NCBI GenBank assembly: GCA_013265495.1
Contig: MU061544.1
Span: 210,214-274,213 of the forward strand
Length of the DNA: 64,000 bases
Direction: 5' to 3'
Origin: Vicugna vicugna
Lineage: Eukaryota
Part shown: in pieces, positions 12,340 to 24,864 of the stretch
Numbering within the stretch: position 1 is the first letter of the stretch
How the letters are laid out: the number at the start of each line of letters is the position of its first letter
Notes under the pieces: generated by a model
Seen by the model: the letters and a program-made list of their open reading frames with translations, nothing else
What the model was told of the DNA's origin: nothing
The model's database searches: none
Program-made: the position numbers and the translations under genes

Positions 12340-13060
12340 GAAATTGGTACCTAGGAATAGAGTCTGTTTCTGTTTTGTGAGTCTGTCTGTGAGCCTGTTT
12401 CTGTTTTGTAAATAAGTTCGTTTGTCTTTTTTTTTAGATTCCACATATAAGTGATATCATATGGTATTTTTCTTTCTTTCTGGCTTACTTCACTTAGAAT
12501 GACAATCTCTAGGTCCATCCATGTTGCTGCAAATGGCATTATTTTATTCTTTTTTATGAATTGTATTCAATATCATGTAGTAACCTATAATGAAAAAGAA
12601 TATGAAAAGGAATATATGTACATATATGTATGACTGAAGCATTGTGCTGTACACCAGAAATTGACACAACATTGTAAACTGACTATACCTCAATAAAAAC
12701 AAAAAAACAAACTTGGAAGTTTTGAGACTAAGCTTTGAGCAAGGGGAAGCTGGAAGAGCACACTGAAATATACGAAGAGGCTGGGGAAGCAGTGAGTAAC
12801 CTTCTTTCCCCAGGAGGCTGGGGAAAGAAATGGCCTACATTAACTTGGAAGATAGAAAATATACTCAACGAACATGAAGAATTGCTTAATGAGATCTTGA
12901 GGCAAAATATGGAAAGTTTCAATTGAGCACTTACAGTTCCTATGATCAGGCACTATGAGAGAGACTGTGCAAGGAACTGTATAGAATGCAAGTCAGGACT
13001 TGCTGTTTTACATCCACTGCCCACAGCTGACAGAAGACTGTCGAAGTAAGAAATACCCTC
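12340..13060 (+). mobile_element. MLT1 internal sequence (interrupted by L1 at 12360-12711)
   Basis: gaaattggtacc directly after LTR; ggaggctggggaaag...acttggaagatagaaaat resembles MaLR-int. Confidence 0.6.
12360..12711 (+). mobile_element. Short L1 3' end with 5' inversion
   Basis: 12360-12558 antisense ORF2-end/3'UTR ([22 protein letters not shown] on minus) joined to sense terminal 3'UTR 12559-12711 with aataaaaacaaaaaaacaaa tail. Confidence 0.9.
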
Positions 13061-13400
13061 CATGCTAAAGCCATGCTCTTTAGTTCATTTTCCTGTTACG
13101 TGTAAAATGCATATAAACCTGTGGCTATAAACAGTCTACCAGTATGCCTATTTTATTTAATCCATAAAATAGCAACTTCACGATTGAATTAAATTAACTG
13201 CATTAAGTATCACACTTCAAGTACCAATTGAATTAAGTATCACACTTGTTAATTTATTCTCTAACTGTCCTATGTATTCAGAGATTTAATGATTTAGGAC
13301 TTAAGCTCAAAATAATTAATTGAAAAGTTGGCCTATACGAGGATTTTTTTCAAGGAGGAAACATGTAAACAAAACCTCCCGTATCTCATAGTTTAATATG

Positions 13401-13600
13401 CTTTTTTATTTTTATTTTTTCACTTGAGGGATAGTTGATTTACAATGTTGTGTTAGTTTCTGGTGTACAGCATAGTGATTCAGTTACACATATATATTCT
13501 TTTTCATTATAGGTTATTACAAAGTATTGAATATAGTTCCCTGTGCTATACAGTAGGACCTTGTTGTTTATCTGTTTTGTATATAGTAGCTGGTATCTAA
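13401..13600 (-). mobile_element. L1 3' terminal fragment
   Basis: T-rich tail then atagttgatttacaatgttgtgttagtttctggtgtacagcatagtgattcag...ccctgtgctatacagtaggaccttg. Confidence 0.9.
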
Positions 13601-15304
13601 TATATAGACTACGGGTAAATTTTACTTCATGCAGGAGAGCTGCTGAAGATATTTCTTCTAATAAGGAACATTAATGTATCTCATGGGTGGAGTCTTGGAA
13701 GGACAAGTCAAGTATTAACACACATAATTGACCAGGTTTGTCTCACCTGGCAGTTTAAGGGCCAAAACAAACAGAGAAAACTTTTTTTTTTAGGTCGATG
13801 TGTGCCCAGTAGTGGCAGGCAGCACCCTCAGCTTGGTAAACAGAATGTGGGAAAGAGTGAACAAGTGTGGGATTGTCCTTTAATGGTTTCTCATCTTTCC
13901 CAGCTGGCTCAGGAAATACCTCTGAAAAGATCCTAGGAACTATGGAATATAAAAGTAAACTAGATATTTTAGTTTTCTATCATATTTGATTATTTAGATC
14001 ATTAAAAGCAAGGTCAGTCTACTAATCCTGTCTACTGAGTTTCCACCAAGGGATCATAATTAGTGATGCTACGACTCTTAGTACTACTACTACTGCTATT
14101 GAGATGAACAGTAATTACAACAATATTCAATCTAATGGCAATGTTAATATTATTAATATCTTGTATAAAAATTAAGCCAAAATAGGACTAAGTAAATCAC
14201 AGCGATGTTCCAAAGTATCTTCCTGTCCCTAGGAACATTGGTGAGAAATGCCTGCCTGCCCACCTCAAATACTGGTGAGCAAAAACTGGGCAAAACCAGA
14301 GAACAACACACAAGGGAAAATGTCCTATAGAAGGCTGTTCTTGATTCTGTGTAGAAAAACAAAAACGAGTAATTGAGCAGTGAAACAATGATAAACTAGG
14401 GACAACAGAACACTTGACTGAGGGTTGGCCAGCCTACACCCCACTCTTCAATCCCTATGCAGAAGCACTCTTTGAATCTAGTGATTAAAAAAGACTGAGA
14501 ATCTGGGGAAGGAGAGAATCCATTTCCAGGAGATGACTCCCAAATGGAGTCATGAAATTCCTCCTGTATTCAGGATATAACCAAGAAGAACAGCACAGTG
14601 TCCGAGGGAACTGCCCCACACAAAAGGGGAGCCACTAAGGTTAACGAAGTTACTGTCTGGGGAACTTTCTCTTGGAGCAGCATGTGATGGCTTTGCTGAT
14701 GGTTGGAAACTTCCTGATCTCCTTAGTTGTTCTTTGCAGAGTCAGGAGTAATTTTTAGGAGAGAATAGGTTGTGAAGTGTCTGACAAAAGGTTGTATTTT
14801 GAGCAGTTGGGTGTTTTTTTCCCGTTCTTTTTGTTTGTTTTTCATAGTGAGAAACATGTCCAATCACATCACATGTAGAAAATCACTTTAGATTCTGGGG
14901 TGGTGACCTTCCTTAGAAGACTAATGTGAGAATAAGAGGTCTGATGCCTCTGAGATAGTTGATGGGTCCCCATCTGGCAGGGTAATGGCTACTGTTCTAG
15001 CAGGGGCTTCCTAGCCAGCTGACAGTGAAGAAAAACCCACTACTTCATTGGGGAACATAGGGATGATCTCATTTGCCAACTCTGAATAATTGGTTGTGCT
15101 GGCAGAAGGACGTGGTAAGTTTGCTAAGCTTTGTTTGAGCTCAACCGGAGTCATCGGTCACCAGTGTCATTTTACATATTTCATATGTTTATACTAAGAC
15201 TATAAATATATACATATTTCATATACTTATAAATTATAAAAATACATGTATACATTACACAAACATATACATACACACATTGTATATATTTGACAGTCTA
15301 ATCA

Positions 15305-15660
15305 TAAGAAAAAGACAAATCTCAGCTGAAAAAAAGTCTAAAAATATCTGACTAATACTCTTCAAAACTGTCAAGACCATCAAAAAGAAGGAAATATGAC
15401 AAACTGTCTCAGACCAGAAGGGTCTAAGGAGATATGACAGCTAAATGTAATGGGATATCCTGGATAGAATCCAGGAACAGAAGAAAGATGTTAATGAAAT
15501 ACTAATAGAGTGTGAATTTTTTTAATAATAAGATAACAATGTTCGTTCCTTAGTTGTTAACAATGGGGGAAACAGGGTGAGGGGTACAGAGGAATTTTGT
15601 ACTTTGAAAAATTTGTTTTGATCTAATTCTATTTCAAATTTTTTTAAGTTTATAAAAAAT
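15305..15660 (+). mobile_element. L1MC-type 3'UTR fragment
   Basis: tactcttcaaaactgtcaagaccatcaaaaa...ctaaggagatatgacagctaaatgtaatgggatatcctggatag. Confidence 0.75.
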
Positions 15661-16147
15661 TAGCATTTAAATTTGTATCAGAACCATGAAACGCTTAGAT
15701 ACAAATCTGACAAAATATATACAAGATCTGTATGCTAGAAAATATAAAACACTGACAATGGTAATCAAAGAAGACCTTAACAAGTTGAGAGAGAGAGATT
15801 GTGCTCATGGATTGGAAGATTCAGTATTGCTAAGATGGCAACTCTAACAAAACTGATTTATAGATTCAAGTAACTCAGCAAGAATCAAAGTCACAGCACG
15901 AATTTTTCTAAAAATCAACAAATTGATTCTAAAAATGTATGTGAAATTGCAAAGGAATTAGAAGAGCAAAATGGTATTTTTGAAAAAGAATTGAGTCAGA
16001 AGATAATCTTTACTTAATTTCAATAATTATTGCAAAGTTACACTAATGAAGAAAATGTGGTATTAGAGAGAGGACAGAAACATAAATCCATGGCACAGAA
16101 TACAGAGTCCTAATATAGACCCGCGTGTAGCTGGTCAATTGATTTTT

Positions 16148-18347
16148 TTCAAAGAATTGTTTCAGAGGAGTTTTTAGATTCATAATAAAATCGAGAAGAA
16201 AGTACAGAGCGTTCCCATATACTCTCTTCTCCTACACATGCATAGCCTCCCTCATTATCATCATCACGCACCAAAGCAGTACATTTGTAACCAAGGATGT
16301 ACCTGCATTGACATAGCATAATCACCCAAAGTCCAGAGTTTACCTTAGGCTTCACTCTTGAAGTAGTACATTCTATGGGTTTGGAGTAATACATAATGTA
16401 TTCATCGGTATGGTATCACACAGAGTGTTTTCACTGCCCTAAAAACCCTCTATACTTTGCTTATTAATTCCTTCCTTTTTCCCCTTGTCCCTGGCACTCA
16501 CTTGTCTTTTTATTGTCTCCATAGTTCTGCCTTTTTGAGAATAACATACAGTTGGAATCATACAACAGACTTCTCAGATTGGCTCCTTTCACATATAAAC
16601 TACATTAAAGCTTCCTTCACATCTTTTCATGGCTCACTAGCTCATTTCTTTTTAGCACTGGATAATAATATTCCATTGTTTAAATGTACCACAGTATCTT
16701 TAACCATTCACTTACTGAAGGACACCTTGGTGGCTTCCAAGGTTTGATAATTATGAATACAACTGCTATAAATACCCATGTGCAGGCTTTTACGTGGACA
16801 TAAATTTTCAGCTCCTTTGAGTGAATATCAAGGAGCACAACTGCTGGATTGTGTGATAAGAGTATGCTTAGACTTTTTAAGAAATTGCCAAACTGTTTTC
16901 CAAAGTGACTGTATCATTTTGCATTCTCTACAGTGATGTATGAGAGCTCTGGTTGCACCACATCCTCACCAGCATACTAACCAGTGCTTCTTGTCAGTGT
17001 TCTGGATTTTGGCCATTCTAATTGGTGTGTAGTGGTCTCTCATTACTGTTTTAATTTGCATTTCCCTGATGACACATAATGTGGAGCATTATTTCACATG
17101 TTTATCTCTCAGCTATTTATCTTGTTTTGTGAGGAGTCTGTAAAGGCCTTTGACCCACGTTTTATTCATTTCTTTTTCTGTTGAGTTTTAAGATTTCTTT
17201 GTATATTTGGGATAATAGTCCTTTATCACATGGATCTTTTGCAAATATTTTCCCCCGTTCGTGGATTGCTTTCTCATTCTCTTGACCTTATCTTTCTCAG
17301 GGTGTAAGTTTTTATTTTAATGAAGTCCAGCTTATCAATTATTTCTTTCATAGATTTTGTCTTTAGTGCTATATCTAAAATGTCATCACCATATCCAAGG
17401 TCACAGTTTTTCTCCTGTGTCATCTTTTAATTTTTCATTTTGCACTTTACATTTAGGTTTATGATCCATTTTGAGTTCATTTTTGTTAAGAGTATATAAT
17501 CTGTGTCTAGATTCATTTTTTTGCATGTGAATGTCCAGTTGTTTCAGCACAATCTTTGCTCCAATGTATTGCTTTAGCTCCTTTGTCAAAGATCAGTTGA
17601 ATATGTTTGTAGGGGGGTCTATTTCTGGGCTCTCTATTCAGTTCTATTGATCTATTTGTCTATTCTTTCACCAATAACACACTGTCTTGATTATTGTAGC
17701 TTTATAGTAAGTATGAAGTAGGGTGGTGCCAGTCTTCCAAGTTTGTTCTTCTCCTGCAATATTGATTTGCCTATTCTGGGTCTTTTACCTTTCCAGATAA
17801 ACATTAGAATCATTTTACCTATACTTATAAAACAATTTGCTGGGATTCTGATTGGGATTATACTGAATCTATAGATCGAGTTGTGGAGAACTAATATCTT
17901 GACAACACTGAGTCTTCCTATACATGAACATGGACTATCTCTCCATTTATTTAGTTCTTTGATTTTTATCCACAAGGGTTTTGTAGTTTCCCTCATATAC
18001 ATCTTGTACATATTCTGTTAGATTTTGGTGGGGGGGGTGCTAATGCAAATGGTATGGTGTTTTTCATTTCAAGTTTCATTTGTATACTGCTGGTATGTAT
18101 GAAAGTTATTGATTTTTGTATATTAACCTCGTACAACCTACAACCTTGCTGTAACCACTTACTGATTTCAGGACCTTTTTTTGTCAATTCTTTCAGATTT
18201 TCTATACAGATGATCATGTCATCTGCAAACAAAGACAGTTTTATTAGTCCCTTCCCAATCCGTATACCTTTAATTTACTTTCTTACCTTACTGCACTAGC
18301 AATGACTTCCAGTATCATTTTGGAAAGGAGTGGTGAGAGAGAAGCCG
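16148..18347 (-). mobile_element. 5'-truncated L1MC1-like element
   Basis: Minus ORFs give FADDMI (RT YxDD-type motif) and KELNKWRDSPCSCIGRL; TSD attgattttt at 16138-16147 and 18348-18357. Confidence 0.9.
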
Positions 18348-19268
18348 ATTGATTTTTAAGAAAGGTAATTCAATGGGGGAAAAACAGTATTTTCAACAAG
18401 TGATCCTGCAACAATTAGATATCCATTAGAAAACATGAGTATCACTCACATCTCATGTAATATACACAATTAAATCAACCTGAATCACAGACCTAAATGT
18501 AAACCTGAAACCATAGAACTCCTTGAGGAAAACATCTTTGTGAACCTGAGGGAGGTAACATTTCTTAAATACAACATCAAAACTTGGCCATAATAAATTT
18601 ATGTTGGACATTATAAATGTGTAAAATTTCTGCTAAAGAAGTTGTTTACACAATGAAAGGGGAAATCAGACTGGGGTAAATGCTTGCAAAGCATGTATCT
18701 GGTAAAGGACTTGTATGTCAGATATATATAAGAATCTCAAAGTTCAATAAATAATAATAAGGAAACAAATATTCCAAGTACAAATGGATAAGATTTAAAC
18801 AAACACTTCAATGAGGAAAAGGTATGTCTAACACTGAACACAAGTAAAGGAAATAATCAGTATCATTACACTACCATGAGATATCACTACACACTGATTA
18901 GAAAAGCACAAACAAAAATAAAATGCAAAACAAAATAGAGCACTCAGATAAACAACCTGACAATCTCAAGGGCTGGCAAGGATGTTGACTAACTGGAGTT
19001 CTCATAAACTGTTGCTTGAAATACAAAATATTACAGCAACTTTGGAAAACAGTCTGGCACTTTTGCTAAAGTCAAATATTTATTTTACCTGAAGGGAGAA
19101 AGAATTATCTCCACACAAGAGTTGTGTACATGAGTATTTATGGTAGCTTTATTCATAATGGCCAAAAACTGTAAGCAAAGCAAATAGCCTTCAATAAGAG
19201 AATGGATAAACAATTTGTGATGTATCCAGCAGAGGAATACCACTCAGCAATAAAAGATAAGCTAATAA

Positions 19269-19437
19269 ATACTTATTACCTGGCAGGGGAGACAGCATGA
19301 TCACAAAGTTGGTGTTCCCAAGGCAAGTCTTGCCCATTGCACTGCGGATGTGTTGACTCCTATGATTTTCCCATATGTGGCAAACTTAACTGCAGAATTT
19401 GCACTTGTGGGGTTAAAAACAAAACAAAACAAAAAAA
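19269..19437 (+). pseudogene. RNU1 (pseudogene): U1 snRNA retropseudogene, 3'-truncated, with A-rich tail
   Basis: atacttattacctggcaggggagacagcatgatcacaaagttggtgttccc...ccattgcactgcggatgtg...gtgggg matches U1 up to ~nt 140 with many substitutions; tail aaaaacaaaacaaaacaaaaaaa. Confidence 0.93.
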
Positions 19438-20169
19438 CCCTAATATGTACACACAAAACCAGAAATGAATCACCAATGCATTATGCTAATTACAGGAAGC
19501 CAGGCTCAAAAGGCCACACAATTTATTATTCCATTTATATGACATTCTGGAAAAGGCACAACTCTAGGGACAGAAAACAAATGATTGGTTGCCAGGGGCT
19601 GAAAGTGAGGGTGAGGGATAACTACAGTGATGGAGTGAAGGAACTGGTCTATATTGTGGTTATGGTGATGATTACGTGACTGCACACATTTGTTGAAACT
19701 CACAGAACTGTACTCTGAAAAGGATGAATTTTTCTACATGTAAATTATATTTCCATAAAACTGGTCAAATAAAAATATTTTTAATCACACAGGAAATGCT
19801 AAATGTCACTCTTCTCTCTCCAACTATGATCAAAGATCAGTTTCTGTCCTGAAAATAACAGCACAAAATATTTTCTGTCTAAAGCTGAGGTTTGCCTGAA
19901 TTCTATCTGCTACTATATTCTGGATCCCCTTTTTAACGTAAAAGGACCGATTTCTCCCATCCTGCTGCCCAGGTTGTTACATGATATAACTCTCCTCCCA
20001 CCTAATATCTGTTCTGAATTCCTGAACCCCTTGCAGCTGAACTTTTGTCTTGGTTTCTATTCCCTTGCCTAGTATTCACTTTCGTTTCTTCTGAGTTATT
20101 TGGGCTCTCTATTAAGGAGTTAATGAATGCTTAATGAATAACTGTCTTTGTTCATTATTCAATTTTGCT

Positions 20170-20670
20170 TTACATCAACAGATGCATTTACTATATGAAA
20201 CAGGCGCTGCGCAAGGAATTGGGCAAATAATGATGAACAAGGGAGATACGGTTACAGGATGTATCTCCTGCCTTCAGAGAACTTAAGAGGCAGAGTATGG
20301 TAGAGATCATATCTTGAATTACAACCTAATATGATAAACTCTGGGTTGATATCTGAGAACATGGAAGGGATATATGACACAAGTTTAGTGGAGTCAGGCA
20401 AGCCTTTTTCAGAATGATTTCTAAGTTGATTTACACAAAGTGAATAGGAATCACCCAAGGAAGCGAGAATGGTGGCAGTGAGGGGAGAAGTATTCTAGAT
20501 AGAAAGAGCACAGTCTGAAAAAGTCCAAAATGGAGAAAGGACAAGAGGATTCGATCAAACTGAAGAGTTCCTTATTATAGGAACATATACAGTGAGGTGG
20601 TTGCTGAGAGCTTAAACTGGAAATATAGGCAGGGATCAAGTCATGTAGAGTCTCGTCACTTTATCCTCTT
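20170..20670 (-). mobile_element. L2 fragment
   Basis: atttactatatgaaacaggc...gtcaggcaagcctttttcaga...ggcagggatcaagtcatgtag, typical decayed antisense L2. Confidence 0.6.
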
Positions 20671-22385
20671 TTTCTGTTCTCCCCTCCTAAACATGCCTGA
20701 TATTTCACAGGATTAATCATCTCCCTCCCATCTTTCCTCATGCACAGCAGACTGTCTCACAAACAGCTGGCTGATCATAGGATTCACACTGGTGAAGGCT
20801 GATGCTTTACTCTAGCATGCCATGTTCATTTAGCCTGCTACAACCATGGCTGCGCTACTTTTTTTGTTTCTTTGTTTTCCGTTGAGTAACCGGGGTTACT
20901 GCCATTCTCGTGTTTGGTTTCTGAAATGTAGAGAATCAAATAAATTGCTACAATGTGAGAACATGGCAGATCTCAAATCAAAACATTTAATATGGTATTA
21001 TTATTTTTTTATTTTAAGTATTCCAAGTGCTACATACTTCTGATAAAGCTTTACTCTAAGAGTCATAATCATTGGAGTCCTTGACATTTCAGTGTGATAA
21101 CAAAAGCTTTGGTGATTTTTTTTTTTGCAAAAAGAGAATCACGTGATAGACAAAGGACAGAGGAGGTCAGTTTTAATTATGATTTGTCTGAATTGTCTAT
21201 CATGGTTTATGTAGATTTTAATTCACAACCAATACTGAGTGAAAGAGAAATTAAATTAGGTGGATGGCTGGGATTTTCAAAGTAATGGCCTTTACTGTTC
21301 TACTTATATTCTAATATTCCAATTGAGCAGATACTAATAATCATGGTGCTTTATTAACTACTAATAACAACATTGGAAAATGTACTATTATTATTATTTA
21401 TAGTGAAATAAATGAACTAGGAGTATTAAGAGAATAATTTACTCATTCATTATCATCACTCAATAGGCATTTATCTAGTGCATACAATACTTGCCACATG
21501 GTAAGTACTGGGGATTTAAAAGTATGCAAGACAAAATTCATTAATTCATGGTCTCAATCCATGACACGTTTAAGAGACAATTATGTTAGCACAACAACAA
21601 ATGTGAAAAATTGAATTTGATCAAAAAAAGTAAGTTATTTCAAAAATCTTCAGGAAGTGAGCTGAATTTGTATTAGGACTGTTTTCTGGTACATATCCCA
21701 GTAGTGAGGCTAGAATGGAAACAAAAACAACATGTGTACGTGATCATTACCTATCTTGTGAGCCACCTAAGCTACAGCTGGCATATTGTTCTTGAACCAA
21801 TGGGAGCACTTCAACTCTGCTAAACACATGGCAGATTTTTGACATTTAACAGATACTTTTGTTACAAAATAGCTTTTTAATTCTTATGGTAGGATGCAGA
21901 AAAATTATTTTCCAAATCAAGAAGATTTAATGAATTGGATCCAGGGGCTTAAAAGGATGCTGAAGAGGACAGCCAAAACAGGATTTTGGAATGACCACAT
22001 ATTCTCAACAAATTTCTTAATCTGTTTCTCTTGTGCCACCTGTAGGGATGTTGACAGAACTAATTCAAAGAGTGCATCAATGCCCAAAATTGGCATTTCT
22101 GCCTTTTTATACATGCCTTACATGAAAAGGGAATAATCTACCTGTTCAGTCCTGACAAGAAACATTTTTCTCTCTTGTAAAATTCAATGGCTTAAATAAA
22201 TTTGGGGCATGTTTTTGTTATTTTTTAAGCACTTAGCCACATATCATGAATATCTCCTGTGATTCTGTAAATTATTTAGACCAGTATCATTTTCCATCAT
22301 TTGGGTTAATCATTAATGCCACAGATTGGATCAGTTGCATGTATAGCAGCCTTATACATCCAGCATATTAAAGCAGTATCAGAAA

Positions 22386-22452
22386 GGGAGCTAAGAGTGA
22401 GATTTTTAGCTAGCCACTTTTGGTGCTGCCCAACTGGACTCATTGCATGCTC
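22386..22452. repeat. Composite copy (22-bp inverted + 44-bp direct) of LTR sequence at 24353-24432
   Basis: 22386-22407 = reverse complement of 24353-24374; 22409-22452 identical to 24389-24432. Confidence 0.95.
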
Positions 22453-24122
22453 TAATTCTACAAAGGAAAAAGGCATTTCATTGCGATGCAGCTGTACATT
22501 GTATTTGTCATCTGTTATACACATGGGAGGGGTAAGAACCCCAAAATATCCAGGACCTATCATTAATTCTTAATCATCATAATCACCATTAATCATTATT
22601 CATCAGCTCCTCACACATATTCTCCATCCTTTTGGACATGTGACTTGGCATTACTAAATATGTCACGTTTGTTCTTGAGTATTGACTAAAGCTGTATCGG
22701 TTTACAGAGAAAACTGGAAGGGAACTAGATTAGAGGACATGTGTGCATTTACTTCTTTAATTTAAATAATTATTTATGTTTAGACTCATACATAGAGGGA
22801 GTCATTATCCTCAAAAGTGCAAATGAAATTTTTCCTAGAAAAAAGTATGCTTTGTTTTGATACAGTATAGAAATGTAAGTTATACGACAATCACAGTATA
22901 GTGATAGCATAGAAAAGTAAGGTGGAGGAGAGAAGTTGTAATATGCTGCATCATTTATCTCCCTTTTTTCCTCTCAAGTGACTCTGGAAAGGTGATGACA
23001 GAGTGGAAAATTTTAGGATTTTGTATACAGGGATTTTGTGACTGTTTGGAGATGAATATTTTGGTCACACTCGTAATCCACACAATGCATACACTAGGAG
23101 AAGATTTTTTCCCACATAATATGGAATGAAGAGTAAGGTACAACATATTGAATGAGAGGAGTAAGCAAGTAAGCCGTGTCTGACAGTAGACATATTTCAT
23201 CATTGCTTGGTTTACTTTCAGTGCCTGGTTTCAATTAATATTGATTGTCCTTTACCTTTTCTCTTGATAGGACTGAAGTCATCATACTGCAACTATTTCA
23301 AGGACTGGTGAGATGGGAATTAGAGGAAAGAGTACTAGTTGTCTGCTGTAATATGAAATGCACCTGCAAGTAATTGGGTCCACGTTTAATTCTTTAATAG
23401 GTGTTTGAGAAAGGTCCTTTTTTCCTTCCACAGAACTAAATTATTCCCTAAAAGAGGCGTCAGCCTCTTAGCTTTGGTAGTCTGTCATTTAATAATTTGA
23501 ATCAGATCATTGAATCAGATCATCACTAAAGATTCTTCCTGTTCTAAAATGCTACAATTTTACAGGGATGGTGAGATATCTCCCTGGAGCTTCTTCCTCT
23601 ATACTTTGTCGTGGAGCCAGGTTTATAACAATGAGGTATTTTCACTGGTATGAAATATGATAAATCTCCCACAGGTAGCTCAGAGCATTTGCACATATAT
23701 AGTGTTCAATGAGAATGCTGATGCAAACAATGCTGCCAAAGAGAGAGAGGTCTCTACTAATAATTTTAAAGATAAAATATATTTTGAAGCCCCTCCTCCC
23801 AAGAAAAGAGAAAGGAGAATAAATTAGCTCTTTATATTATGAACAAGTTAAATATCAAATTAGAGCATTTGAACTGGAGTAACAGAACTGATCCTGGGTC
23901 ATTGTTTTTGCACCCGAAGTCCAAGTTGATAAATACAAACTTTGCTTTCATCTTAAGAATCCATTGAAGGTGTAGTCTTCTCTTGGACAAGCTTTTTCAG
24001 GGGGTTCAGGTATGCATTTATTTTGAATTCTATCCCTATATAGCCATTACAACCCAAGCCTTTTGGTGAATGAAGCCGGCAAATTATTTTAGGGCAATCA
24101 AAATTCTGCACTCAATGAACAC

Positions 24123-24479
24123 TGTTAAAAGTAATTAAACAAGGACGCCATCAGACTGAGGTGGCCCTAATGCCTTGGTAGCCTAAGTAAATAAATCAAA
24201 ACCTAAGCTCGAGTCAACACATGTGACTCCTAGAAAATGAAACTTCAGAACAGCCAATCACAAACAGCCCACTAGGCTTTCTCAAATAAGGTAACTTAAG
24301 CTAGAGCCAATCAAATAATTTCCTTGCTTTTTGCTTCTCCATCTTCTTTATAAAAAATCTCACTCTTAGCTCCCATTGGTGGAGCACTGCTAGCCACTTT
24401 TGGTGCTGCCCAACTGGACTCATTGCATGCTCAAATCAACTCTTGAAAATTTCAATGTGCCTCGTTTTACCTTTTAACA
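24123..24479 (+). mobile_element. ERV1 solo LTR, MER93-like
   Basis: Inverted ends tgttaaaag...cttttaaca; gccatcagactgaggtggc; two agccaatca CCAAT boxes; TATA tataaaaaa at 24349. Confidence 0.85.
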
Positions 24480-24864
24480 TCCCTGTGGCTCTCCTTTCCT
24501 ATGCGTTTTTAAAAATTCTATGGAAGTTTTCTCTGAATTTATTGTAACTCTGGTCTGCGTTTAAGACTTTGTTCAATATTTAATCCAAAATTTCTAGCTA
24601 TTTCACAGCAGAAGTCTCTCCAAGTTAATCTAGTTCTTCATGGTATGCAAAACATTCCCCTCTGATTTTCATTTTTTAGAGTTTCTTCATTATTTCTTTT
24701 TCACCTTCTGGATCGGTTATGGATTGTAAAACACATAACTTTTCTGTTATTTGTACGCATTTGAAGCAGGAGAGGAGAGAGCAATATATTCCTATATGGC
24801 ATCTTGAGTTAGAACCTCTAATTAGTACTTTATTCTGTAGCTAGAATGACATTTTATTGTAATG

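Larger units (their letters stand above)
15670..19760 (+). mobile_element. Old L1 (L1ME/MD-like) ORF2 3' half + 3'UTR, split by an antisense L1 and a U1 pseudogene
   Basis: tcatgggattggaagattcagtattgctaagatggc (ORF2) at ~15806; continues after 18357; 3' end gaaactcacagaactgtactctgaaaaggatgaatttt. Confidence 0.8.

Noticed and set aside
19269..19412. Functional U1 snRNA gene
   Set aside because: Many substitutions, no stem-loop IV, A tail, embedded in L1
21894..22136. 80-aa ORF in non-repeat DNA as an exon
   Set aside because: No recognisable homology or convincing exon structure; cannot be supported without a search
23498..23524. Short tandem duplications (tgaatcagatcat x2; also aagctgattt x2 at ~36449) and (TA)n/(GA)n runs
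   Set aside because: Ordinary slippage products
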